A stretch of DNA of 32,000 nucleotides from Telmatocola sphagniphila. Its GTDB lineage: Bacteria; Planctomycetota; Planctomycetia; Gemmatales; Gemmataceae. The translations under genes were made by a program, and so were the position numbers. The stretch lies in the NCBI RefSeq assembly GCF_018398935.1, contig NZ_CP074694.1, forward strand, positions 5,760,001-5,792,000. Direction: 5' to 3'. Position 1 is the first letter of the stretch. The number at the start of each line of letters is the position of its first letter. Shown piece after piece: positions 24,037 through 32,000 of this stretch. The notes below the pieces were generated by a model, which saw only the letters and a program-made list of their open reading frames with translations, searched no databases and was not told the origin of the DNA.

Positions 24037-25245
24037 TCAATGCTTCCCCACTTTCCAAAAGTGTTTGTCGCTGCGCAGGTAAAGAGCTCCGCCCGTCGCC
24101 GCCGGTGTGCTCAGAATCGTCTCTTCGAACGGGTAACTATCAACCAGCACGGGATCCTCTTCGCCTGGTCGAACGACGTGGACCAGGCCATCCTCATTGA
24201 CGCAGAAGAGCAGGCCGCCTGCGACCACTAGCGAGGAACTGAAGCCGCCTTTGAGGCGAATTTGATTCAGTATATTGCCTGTCTTCAACTCACCTGACGC
24301 GAGTATTGAGCCCCGGAGGGAGTAGATTTTTCCCTCATAGATCAGAGGACTGGCAGTCGAAGGATTGAGTCTTGATTGCTCCCATAATAGCTTGGGAGGC
24401 ACGCCCTCATCCTGAAGTTCATAGGCAAACAGCTTATTTTCTCCAGGGACAAGCAGCAATCTTCCCTTTAGTGCGCAAGAGGCGAAGGGGTGCCATCGAC
24501 CTTGGATCGCCCAGATTTCTTTCCCTGTGAGCGGTTCGTAAGCACTCAGCTTGTTATTTCCTTGAATCAAGGCAAGTGGCTCATTCAGTGATTTGCCCGG
24601 AATCGAAATCGGCGATGACCAGCTTAACTCGCGGGGGCGGGCTTGTTGCCAGCGATTTTTTCCGGTGGAGATATCAATACCTGCAGCGAAGGAGGTGTTC
24701 TGGTTCTCACACTGCACGATGATCGTAGAATTGATAATCAGCGGTGAGGATGCCAGCCCTCGCCCGTCGGTCGCGCCGGGGTTCTCTTCGTGAAGTGATC
24801 GTATCCATTGCAAGTTGCCCTCTAGGTCCAAACAGATCAAATCGTTCGTGGCGAAGAGGGCCACCAGGTACTTTCCGTCGCTCACCGGGGTCGGAGCGGC
24901 CGGACAGGTTTTGGAGTGCGTATCTGTCGGCCCAGTCGCCCAAACCGTCCGCTGCCAAAGCCTCTGACCGGTTTTTGTATCGTAGGCCAATACGTGCAGG
25001 TGGTTCTGCTTCTCCCCACTTGAGGCTGTCAGAAAAGCTTTATTGTCGACCAGTACTGGGCTAGATAGACCACGTCCGGGCAGGTCGGCCTTCCAGGCAA
25101 CTTGTTGCTTCGGTCCAAATGGCAGAGGCACGGCATCGCCGGAACCGACTCCGGTCGAGTCGCTTCCTCGGAAATGAGTCCAATCCGCGGCCATACTGCT
25201 GAAGAGAACCGCACTCAGGCTGACGGTATAAACAAATCGACGCAT
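24037..25245 (-). CDS. secreted PQQ-like beta-propeller repeat protein
   Basis: A signal peptide (MRRFVYTVSLSAVLFSSMAADW) is followed by WTHFRGSDSTGV and repeated G..LW motifs (TGQRLWQRTVW, GNLQWIRSL, GKNRWQQ, GKEIWAI). These are characteristic of PQQ/BamB-like propellers. Confidence 0.8.
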   Translation of the reverse strand: MRRFVYTVSLSAVLFSSMAADWTHFRGSDSTGVGSGDAVPLPFGPKQQVAWKADLPGRGLSSPVLVDNKAFLTASSGEKQNHLHVLAYDTKTGQRLWQRTVWATGPTDTHSKTCPAAPTPVSDGKYLVALFATNDLICLDLEGNLQWIRSLHEENPGATDGRGLASSPLIINSTIIVQCENQNTSFAAGIDISTGKNRWQQARPRELSWSSPISIPGKSLNEPLALIQGNNKLSAYEPLTGKEIWAIQGRWHPFASCALKGRLLLVPGENKLFAYELQDEGVPPKLLWEQSRLNPSTASPLIYEGKIYSLRGSILASGELKTGNILNQIRLKGGFSSSLVVAGGLLFCVNEDGLVHVVRPGEEDPVLVDSYPFEETILSTPAATGGALYLRSDKHFWKVGKH

Positions 25246-25282
25246 GGGAATCCTCAGGCGGAGATCTTCTGTTCGAAGACGG

Positions 25283-26425
25283 TTAATTTTCTGGTCGTTT
25301 AGTGGAAAGAATCGCTACGCCATCGGCATCACAGACTCTTAACTGAAACCGCCAAAGCTTCGGTAATTGTGGTGGCGGCACATCCGTGCAGACCTTGAAG
25401 AGAAAAGTATTCTTCCCCTCACGCAGCCGTATTTTCGTTCGGTAGTGATCGAACTGCATCCCAGTGTAGGCATCAGCGCGATGCAAAGCGAGTTCCCCAT
25501 TCACCCAAAGCTTGAAAACGGTGAAGCAGGCAATCCGAACTTCCACATCGCAGGCCGCCTTGGTCGTGAAATCTGTTGCTGCGTAGCCCACGGCCTGAAG
25601 GTGTTCCCCGAGACCATCGTTCAGGTCGATAATTCCGTTATCGTCCTTCGAAAGGTAATCCTTCCAGCGGACCTTGCCTTCTTTGCCGTCGTACTCCTCC
25701 TTAAAGTTCAGTGCCTTTTCAGGAGGGTAGCATTTGTCGACACCAGCCTGCTCGACATTAGGGAAAGGGCCGAGGAGTTTCCAATCGAGAAGGAAGCCGA
25801 GGTGTTTTGCCAGATCAATTGTCTGACCGAGATCTTTTAGCCGGGAATTCGATTTGTCGATTTGATCCTTCTCCCGTGCTGAAGCAAAAGCCAAACGGTA
25901 AATGGTCAGGGCTTCGGTTTTCTTCTCTGTGCGATATAGTTTCTCAGCTTCGTCGAGCAAGCGACTTATGGCCTCCCGTCGCAACTCGGGGCTGGGATCG
26001 TTTACCATCTTTGGCAGGAAGCGATCTCTGGCGGACTTGTCGAGCTGGCAGACGCAATCAAACACAAACCGCCTTGCCTGAGGATCATGTCGGGTGTCGA
26101 CCAGAAACTTCTCTAGCGCTTTGATCGGCAACGGCTTCTTGTTTTTCTCAGCACGCTCCATGCAAGCATCGACGGCGGTTTGGATCCAATTGCGTGCCAA
26201 CGGAGTTGCTCCATCCATCCCGGTGAGAAGTTGGGGCAATTGCTCGATCGGGGTTTGAGCTAGTATCATCCATGCTTCTGCAGCTTCCGGGCTTCCCTTT
26301 CCATTTGTGCCAACCTGGCGTATTGTCTGAATTGACGGTTTCAGATCTGGATCTTCATCGGATCGCAACCCGAAAACCATCATGACAGATACCGCGGTGA
26401 TGAAAGTCCCGAATCGGAAGATCAT
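25283..26425 (-). CDS. hypothetical exported protein: helical (HEAT-like) N-terminal half + C-terminal beta-sandwich (galactose-binding-like) domain
   Basis: An N-terminal hydrophobic anchor is present. The C-terminal pattern is WKLLGPFPN...YPPE...VRWKDY...AVGYAATDF...VRIACFTVFKLWVNGELA...LREGKNTFLFKV. It is probably co-transcribed with the PQQ-propeller gene 37 nt downstream. Confidence 0.55.
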   Translation of the reverse strand: MIFRFGTFITAVSVMMVFGLRSDEDPDLKPSIQTIRQVGTNGKGSPEAAEAWMILAQTPIEQLPQLLTGMDGATPLARNWIQTAVDACMERAEKNKKPLPIKALEKFLVDTRHDPQARRFVFDCVCQLDKSARDRFLPKMVNDPSPELRREAISRLLDEAEKLYRTEKKTEALTIYRLAFASAREKDQIDKSNSRLKDLGQTIDLAKHLGFLLDWKLLGPFPNVEQAGVDKCYPPEKALNFKEEYDGKEGKVRWKDYLSKDDNGIIDLNDGLGEHLQAVGYAATDFTTKAACDVEVRIACFTVFKLWVNGELALHRADAYTGMQFDHYRTKIRLREGKNTFLFKVCTDVPPPQLPKLWRFQLRVCDADGVAILSTKRPEN

Positions 26426-26619
26426 CTTTTAGACCTCTGTTTAGGATCAGAAAAATGTCGAAGAGTTATTCTAGCACCGTCCAAAATCGCGAACTGGTCA
26501 GAGATACAAACACCACACATTTGGCTCTAGCGTTTGTCGCGACCGTTATTTAGAATATGGTTTGATATATCTTCTCGCCACGTAATGGATGTGGAACCAA
26601 TTCTTAACGGGGGGGCAAA

Positions 26620-28101
26620 ATGTATTTGATAAGAATTTGCCTTGTCTTAATTATTTCCAGTATTGTACCGGTTCTTGGATGGACGGTGCTCGAAAGGACT
26701 GATGCACTTGCTGCATCAGAACCTGGTTCAGACAATGATAAAGAAGTTTTGGAACAGGGGAAGGAGTTGTTCACTCGCGAATGGACTAGAGGGGATCGCC
26801 GAAGCCATGCGGGGGATGGATTGGGGCCAGTATATAACGCTCAATCATGTGTTGCCTGTCACCGGCTCGGAGGCACCGGAGGCGCGGGGACCAACGAAAC
26901 GAATGTCAGTCTCGTTTCGGTCTTTGTAGGTGATGTAAATGGACCTTCGATTATAACAGGTATCCCGCCTGCGCCCCCTCCCTCTCTCGCCGATGCGCGG
27001 AATAAAGTCGCCGCGAACCGGGGTGGAAAAAAAATTGAAATTGAAATACCTTCGCAAAACGAGTTAGCCAAAATCCACCCGGCTTTACGTACGCAGACTT
27101 CCTTTCCCCTCCCTCGATTTGGTGTCTCTCCGGAATACGACGATTGGAAAGAATCCACTTTACCCAAAGAGATGACCGATCTCAATAGTTTTAACCCACT
27201 GAATTGGAAACGGGGTGTTATTAAATCCATTGGCTCTATTAAGTTGTCACTGATTGAATCCAAGCGGAACACGCCCCCACTTTTTGGTGTTGGGCTTATT
27301 GATGCAATTCCGAATAAGGTAATTGAAGAAGTTGCCGACGAACAAGCAAAAATAGCTGCTGCTGATGCACCTGCAATCTCGAAATCCCTTCGGGGCGACG
27401 AAATGCTGCATGTGAAGGGCCGTGTGTCGCGTTTGAAAGATGGGCAAATTGGCCGTTTCGGTTGGAAAGCGAGTGTTGCCAGCCTGCACGAGTTTACGCT
27501 CCAAGCCTGTTCCAACGAACTTGGTCTGGAAGTTCCCGGTTTTGCGCGGGCAATGCCGCCGTGGAAACCCGACTACAAAGCTCCGGGAATTGATCTAACC
27601 AAAGAGCAATGTGAATCGTTAACGCGTTTTGTCGCATCACTGTCCAAACCTAGGGTACGTCCCGCGGGTTCGCCGGAGCAGGTGGAAGCAATCCAACGTG
27701 GACGTCAGTTATTCACGACTGTAGGTTGTGCAGCTTGTCACCGACCGAAACTGGGCGCTGTGGAGGGCATTTATAGCGATCTTTTGCTCCACGATATGGG
27801 GCCCTCGCTTAGCGATTTGGGATCTTATACGGTACTCGAAACCGAGATCAGCGATAAAGAAAAGTCAAATCGAGCTCGAGCTGCTAGCGAACTTGAATGG
27901 CGAACCCCGCCGCTCTGGGGCTTACGAGACTCGGCGCCTTACATGCATGACGGTCGTGCTTCAACCATTGCAGAAGCTGTTTCTCTTCATGGCGGAGAGG
28001 GAACGGCCGCAGCGCGATCATATAAACTACTATCTGAGAAAGAACGCGAACAGGTCGGGCTATTCTTGCAAACGCTATCTGCGCCACAAACGTCACCCTG
28101 A
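26620..28101 (+). CDS. di-heme oxidoreductase / putative peroxidase (DUF1111 family)
   Basis: It has an N-terminal TM/signal segment and two CxxCH sites (CVACH, CAACH). WRTPPLWGLRDSAPYMHDGRASTIAEAVSLHGGEG is the family signature as I recall it. Confidence 0.8.
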   Translation: MYLIRICLVLIISSIVPVLGWTVLERTDALAASEPGSDNDKEVLEQGKELFTREWTRGDRRSHAGDGLGPVYNAQSCVACHRLGGTGGAGTNETNVSLVSVFVGDVNGPSIITGIPPAPPPSLADARNKVAANRGGKKIEIEIPSQNELAKIHPALRTQTSFPLPRFGVSPEYDDWKESTLPKEMTDLNSFNPLNWKRGVIKSIGSIKLSLIESKRNTPPLFGVGLIDAIPNKVIEEVADEQAKIAAADAPAISKSLRGDEMLHVKGRVSRLKDGQIGRFGWKASVASLHEFTLQACSNELGLEVPGFARAMPPWKPDYKAPGIDLTKEQCESLTRFVASLSKPRVRPAGSPEQVEAIQRGRQLFTTVGCAACHRPKLGAVEGIYSDLLLHDMGPSLSDLGSYTVLETEISDKEKSNRARAASELEWRTPPLWGLRDSAPYMHDGRASTIAEAVSLHGGEGTAAARSYKLLSEKEREQVGLFLQTLSAPQTSP

Positions 28102-28709
28102 AGCGATAAGTTTGATATGGTGGGCCATTGTGTGAGCACGACTTAGCGAACGGAAGAACGCTACTAAATCGAATGTCGACAGCTTTGGAAAAATAACCGA
28201 GTTGGAACAACAAGAATTTTGGGATTCGCAAGAACTGCAACTTGGATCGCAGGAAGCACTGGAGTGCTAAACGCGTGAAAGTTCGATGTCGGAGCGATTC
28301 GGATGAAGCGGACCGTAGGTGGATACGCTTCCTTGCGCTGAGACTTGGTGTTACGGGGGGGGTCGCTTGGTCAGCTTCTGGCGGCTCGGTCCCGGCGGGT
28401 TTTGGCCATGGCTTCGTTCAGGGTGTTAGTGTGCAATCCCCCCGATTATGCCAAACGGTTGCGAAGTAGGTTGAGATGGGAGATTCTGAAGGATGTGGTA
28501 TCTGTACTGAAATCGACTACGTCGGCTTTAGAACGCGAACCACACCCGGCTTATGTGACCGGCGAAGGATGGGAACTACACTGTTCATCTGCCGCCGTGG
28601 CCGATGAGACGTTGAACTCTGAAAAGCTGAAATGCCGCCGCGGTCAGGTGCAACGGCGGGTTCTCCGAGCGTCTGACGGGACCAATCTCCAGGAAAAATC
28701 AAGCTTTCG

Positions 28710-29048
28710 TCATATCCTGAGGAGTTCGTGATCCTCGAGCGCTTCTCGCCAGATTGCAGTCTTGTTTTGGTCGAAATATCGGTAAAGGATCTCGCGTATC
28801 TCGTCGCGGTTGACGTCGTCGGTGTCGACCATTTGTACCAGTGTGTGGGATTCGTCTAGCGGCAATCGCGTAACCTTCTCATCCGTCACGCAACAACCGA
28901 AACCGTCGAACGAAATCCGGACTACGTACACCCGCCCATCCGAATCGAGATTGAAATCGGCGAAAACGCTACCTTCTTGCAGGCAAAGGCAAAAGCTGCA
29001 GGGCCTAGTTCCTGTCGTCCAAATGTATTTTGAAATCTCCAATGGCAT
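28710..29048 (-). CDS. hypothetical small Cys-rich protein
   Basis: 112-aa ORF in a plausible position upstream of nothing recognisable. It contains CSFCLC and FGCC clusters. I recognise no family. It is supported only by length, lack of a competing ORF and acidic-helix-like C-terminal composition. Confidence 0.4.
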   Translation of the reverse strand: MPLEISKYIWTTGTRPCSFCLCLQEGSVFADFNLDSDGRVYVVRISFDGFGCCVTDEKVTRLPLDESHTLVQMVDTDDVNRDEIREILYRYFDQNKTAIWREALEDHELLRI

Positions 29049-29074
29049 CCACCTTTTGCTGATCGCTTACCTTC

Positions 29075-30013
29075 TCAGGTGTGGGAAATCACAGAGATTA
29101 TCTTTTTGCCGCAGCCATCACTCTCGTTCCGTGGATCAAAATAGGCGCCATCCGCATGATCGAATGACACGACGCTTTTAACGACAGTGCGGAGCAAACC
29201 GGACGCCAATTGCTCAGCGATGGCGGTCAACTGCCGCTGATTGGGCTCGACAATGAAAAATGATTTTTGGGTACGCTCGTCGCTGATTCCTTCACTATCG
29301 GCTGCGACAGTGATAAGACGGCCACCAGGACCAAGTAGGCTCCAAGATCTCGCCAATGTCTGACCGCCGACTGTATCGAAAACCAGATCGATCCCTTTCG
29401 CAATATCCTCGAACCGTTCGGTCCTGTAGTCGATCACACGTTGTGCGCCCAGACCGGTCAGGAACTCTCTGTTCCGCGCGGAGGCAGTCGTCAAAACTTC
29501 AGCTCCTAATTGCCGGGCAAACTGAATCGCGAAGACGCCGACCGCACCGGACCCCCCGTGGATGAGCACGCGCTCGCCCGACTGCAATCGAGCCCGGTCG
29601 AACAGTCCTTGCCAAGCCGTCAACGCGCCGATTGGAACGGAGGCCGCCTCGACATGAGTCAGCTGAGCGGGTTTCAGCACTACCGTGGAATGCTGCGTGC
29701 AACAGAATTCCGCAGTGGCGCCTTCAGCGAACCAGTCATTCATTCCGAACACTTCCTGATCGGCTTTGAAGCAAGTCTCGGTGCCATCACCGACGGCGGC
29801 AATGCGACCGGAGAACTCGTGACCGGGCACAGCGGCATTGCGAGCTTCACCGGATTTGCGATGGGTGGTTGGATACCAGAGTAGTTCCGTCGGGGTGACG
29901 CCGACTGCGTGGACTTGGATTAACAGTTCACCCGGTTGGGGATCTGGCCGTTCTCCTTCCTCAAGAGACAAGACGCGGGACTCCGGTGATTCGTGATGTC
30001 GCCATAGCTTCAT
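29075..30013 (-). CDS. NADPH:quinone-oxidoreductase-like medium-chain dehydrogenase/reductase
   Basis: The ORF is 29075..30064; the likely start is the ATG at 30013 (MKLWRHH). It has AVPGHEFSGRIAAVG, the cofactor motif LIHGGSGAVGVFAIQFARQLGAEV and DTVGG. Confidence 0.85.
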   Translation of the reverse strand: MKLWRHHESPESRVLSLEEGERPDPQPGELLIQVHAVGVTPTELLWYPTTHRKSGEARNAAVPGHEFSGRIAAVGDGTETCFKADQEVFGMNDWFAEGATAEFCCTQHSTVVLKPAQLTHVEAASVPIGALTAWQGLFDRARLQSGERVLIHGGSGAVGVFAIQFARQLGAEVLTTASARNREFLTGLGAQRVIDYRTERFEDIAKGIDLVFDTVGGQTLARSWSLLGPGGRLITVAADSEGISDERTQKSFFIVEPNQRQLTAIAEQLASGLLRTVVKSVVSFDHADGAYFDPRNESDGCGKKIISVISHT

Positions 30014-30099
30014 TAGCTTCTCCGATGTTGCTGTGTCGGCTCCCCCTCCGGTCCGTGGACGCATCTCTTAATAACGAGGCGTTTCGACCTTCGTAAGGG

Positions 30100-30611
30100 G
30101 ATCTTTAGCAGATCTTTTCTCGATCAGTTCGGAATGTTGATCCAACAAGTATTGGCTGAAAAATCCCCCAAAGACCGCGCGAATCGTGTCGATGAATGCC
30201 TTCCCATCTCCGCTCGTTAAAACAGTCCCTTCAAATGGATATCTTACGCTGCAAGACGCCGGAGTTGGTGCGTAAGGAAATTTGGACCCACATTTTGGCT
30301 TATAATCTGATCCGCACCATCCTGGCTCAGGCGGCCAAAGAATAGATCCCCGATCCATTAGCTTTAAAGGAACCCTGCAAACGCTGGAGGCCTTTCAACA
30401 AATTATTGCGATGCATACCGAAGAGAATTCCGAATTTCGCTGGGTGGTCTATCAACTGATGCTTGAGGAGATCGCCAGCCATCGCGTCGGCAATCGACCT
30501 AACCGTTACGAGCCTCGTCGCAGAAAACGCAGACCCAAACCCTATGATCGACTCATGATGCCCAGAAAAGAAGCCAAACGTCTGATGGCGAAAGGAGTTA
30601 GAGATAACTAA
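30100..30611 (+). pseudogene. IS4-family transposase gene remnant (3' portion, frameshifted; left limit approximate)
   Basis: Across frames the translation reads ...LAEKSPKDRANRVDE / HLRSLKQSLQMDILRCKTPELVRKEIWTHILAYNLIRTILAQAAKE* / DPRSISFKGTLQTLEAFQQ...IASHRVGNRPNRYEPRRRKRRPKPYDRLMMPRKEAKRL. These are the conserved C-terminal blocks of IS4-family transposases (LRCKtPEMVrKEiw..laYNLiR; SFKgalQtl; hrVgdRPgR.EPR.vKRRpK). The catalytic N-terminal two-thirds is absent, and there is at least one frameshift near 30343. Confidence 0.7.
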
Positions 30612-30900
30612 GTGCCATTCGGCCTACTCACTGCCTATAGGTTGCCAGACTACCCCGAGCTATGAGGCCGGAGTACCCCACACATAGACCTATTCCGATT
30701 CCTCAACTAGGCGATACAAAAGCGTCTCCGCCTTCGGTGCGTAGATGCGAATGGTCGTTTGCGGTCGGCACTCACCAGAGGCAAGCTGACTCCTGCGGGC
30801 CACCAGGCCGGGCTGGCAGGTCGCCAGGGTAAACGAAGTGAGCATCGCGCCGGAAAGCTCGATGCGAATCGAATGTACGGACCTCGTCGGGCTGCACCGG

Positions 30901-32000
30901 TTACTGAAAGAGTTTCGGAACGAACTCGTTCAGGTATCGCTGCCAGCAGATCCAAGTGTGCCCGCCCTCGGTCTCCTGGAACTCCGGCTTCAGTTTGTGT
31001 TTCTCGAATAGGGCAACGGTCTTTTTGGTGGTGTCGAGCAGAAAGTCTTCTTTGCCGGTGGCTAGCCAGAACACCTTCAGCCCGTCTTTGGCGGCGACGA
31101 CCGCCGTCAATTTCTCCTTGTTAGCCTTCTCCCACCTTTCCCAATCTTCCGGCGTCCGGCCCGCGAAGATGCCGGAGCTGAACACCCCGACGGCCGAGTA
31201 ATCGTTCGGGTTTGCCAGGAACACTGAAAGCGTCTGCCCGCCGCCCATGCTCAGCCCGGCGATTGCCCGGTCTGCGCGGCCTGTCTTCACCCGGTACGTC
31301 TTCTCGATGTGCGGCCGGAGGTCCTTCGCGAAGTCGTCTTCGAACAGGGCGGCGGGAGTGGTGTTACCCGTCGGCCGACCGAACCCGGCGAACTTGCTGT
31401 CGTGCCCGGCCGGCATTACAACGATCATCGGCACGGCCATCTTGGCCGCTATAAGGTTGTCAAGAATGTCCGCCGACCGGCCGACCGAGGTCCAAGAATC
31501 GTCGCAGTCGCCGGCCCCGTGTAGCAGGTATAACACCGGGTATTTCTCGGTTGCTGTCTCGTATCCCGGCGGAGTGTAGACGTGAGCTCGCCGGTTCCCG
31601 CCCGTCGTCTTCGAGTGGTAAATGACCCTAGCCACAGCCCCGTGCGGCACGTCGGCGGTGTCCATAAACGCCGCGCCCGGCACGCGAACCAGGCTCCAAG
31701 TGTTTCCAAACGACTCGCTGGTCGAAGGGTTCCGCGGGTCCACCACCGGCACCCCGTCCACTTCGATCCGGTACCGATAAGTGCCTGGGGACACGTCCAG
31801 GGTGAGTTCCCACAGGTCGCCCTCGCCCTTCTTCATCGCCCGCGATCCTTGGCCGCCACCAGGGATGTCGGAACTTGACAGCCCTACCTTCTCGGCTTTG
31901 GGGGCACGGAGTCGGAATGTCACCGTCTTATCTTTTACTTCCGGCGATATGTACGACTGCGGGCCTTGCCGCGGCTGGGCGGTCGCAGGGCCTGCCGCCG
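30901..32000 (-). CDS. esterase (PF00756-type / CE1-like) with N-terminal E-set/CBM48-like domain; 5' end beyond the window
   Basis: The track ORF is 30901..31923, but the frame stays open to position 32000 (...AAGPATAQPRQGPQSYISPEVKDKTVTFRLRAPKA). It has WELTLDVSPGTYRYRIEVDGVPVVDP (E-set-like), YPVLYLLHGAGD and the nucleophile elbow GLSMGG. It is visibly more GC-rich than the rest of the window. Confidence 0.8.
   Translation of the reverse strand, partial: AAGPATAQPRQGPQSYISPEVKDKTVTFRLRAPKAEKVGLSSSDIPGGGQGSRAMKKGEGDLWELTLDVSPGTYRYRIEVDGVPVVDPRNPSTSESFGNTWSLVRVPGAAFMDTADVPHGAVARVIYHSKTTGGNRRAHVYTPPGYETATEKYPVLYLLHGAGDCDDSWTSVGRSADILDNLIAAKMAVPMIVVMPAGHDSKFAGFGRPTGNTTPAALFEDDFAKDLRPHIEKTYRVKTGRADRAIAGLSMGGGQTLSVFLANPNDYSAVGVFSSGIFAGRTPEDWERWEKANKEKLTAVVAAKDGLKVFWLATGKEDFLLDTTKKTVALFEKHKLKPEFQETEGGHTWICWQRYLNEFVPKLFQ

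Noticed and set aside
28345-28731. 128-aa plus-strand ORF (and 28242..28469) in the 600-bp gap
   Set aside because: The translation is Arg/Ser/Leu-rich, no ribosome-binding site is present, it overlaps the 3' end of the convergent 28710..29048 ORF, and it has no family resemblance.
30068-30358. 96-aa minus-strand ORF between the oxidoreductase gene and 30411
   Set aside because: It lies antisense to sequence that translates, on the plus strand, into unmistakable IS4 transposase C-terminal blocks.
30690-30845. 51-codon minus-strand ORF after the esterase gene (MLTSFTLATCQPGLVARRSQLASGECRPQTTIRIYAPKAETLLYRLVEESE); also 30707..30955 and 30759..31124
   Set aside because: Long stop-free frames are expected in GC-rich sequence, and there is no SD and no recognisable family. 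It could be a fragment, but I cannot support it.
1-32000. CRISPR arrays, tRNA/rRNA/tmRNA genes, reverse transcriptase/DGR or retron components, integrase genes
   Set aside because: I scanned by eye for regularly spaced short direct repeats, GTTCGAATC-type T-arm motifs and RT (YxDD) or integrase motifs in the ORF track, and found none. A proper scan (tRNAscan-SE, Infernal, CRISPR finders) would be needed to be definitive.

Overview
This window reads as an accessory, partly decaying chromosomal region of a Planctomycetota-like bacterium. That assignment is an inference from gene content: ECF sigma factors paired with membrane Ser/Thr kinases carrying TPR or WD40 arrays, a PQQ-type beta-propeller, a DUF1111 di-heme protein and a cytochrome P460 protein. 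I support about 25 coding regions.

Main blocks:
- Two divergent, inverted paralogous ECF-sigma/Ser-Thr-kinase modules lie at 1-831 (minus) and 12687-16750 (plus). The second copy is broken twice, by a 1-nt frameshift in the sigma gene and an in-frame TAA in the kinase.
- A 5-gene minus-strand operon (1228-6487) encodes an isochorismatase, a small membrane protein, an amidohydrolase, an alginate-export-type porin and a secreted M17-N-like protein.
- A complete ISL3 element (6861-8284) has 17/18 terminal inverted repeats and a perfect 8-bp target duplication. Its transposase is split at an A8 tract.
- A minus-strand cluster encodes an RHH protein, an alpha/beta hydrolase, cytochrome P460 and Ohr.
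- A membrane kinase carries 16 tandem WD40 repeats (18488-22234).
- An ISAs1-family element lies at about 22667-23981.
- A PQQ-propeller/beta-sandwich gene pair is divergent from a DUF1111 di-heme oxidoreductase gene.
- A quinone-oxidoreductase-like gene abuts a degenerate IS4 transposase remnant. Beyond the remnant the sequence becomes visibly more GC-rich and encodes a CE1-type esterase that runs off the window.

Several truncated gene fragments are present (DUF417 N-fragment, PNPOx-like C-fragment, photolyase N-domain only). I found no rRNA, tRNA or CRISPR array by eye.

I did not recognise a clear-cut new multi-gene system. The best candidates for follow-up are:
- the sigma/kinase modules with a conserved CxxC N-terminal extension;
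- the 16-blade WD40 kinase with position-specific repeat variability;
- the ISL3 regulatory architecture;
- an Ohr homologue with a displaced peroxidatic cysteine.

All homology statements are from memory of protein families, not from searches.
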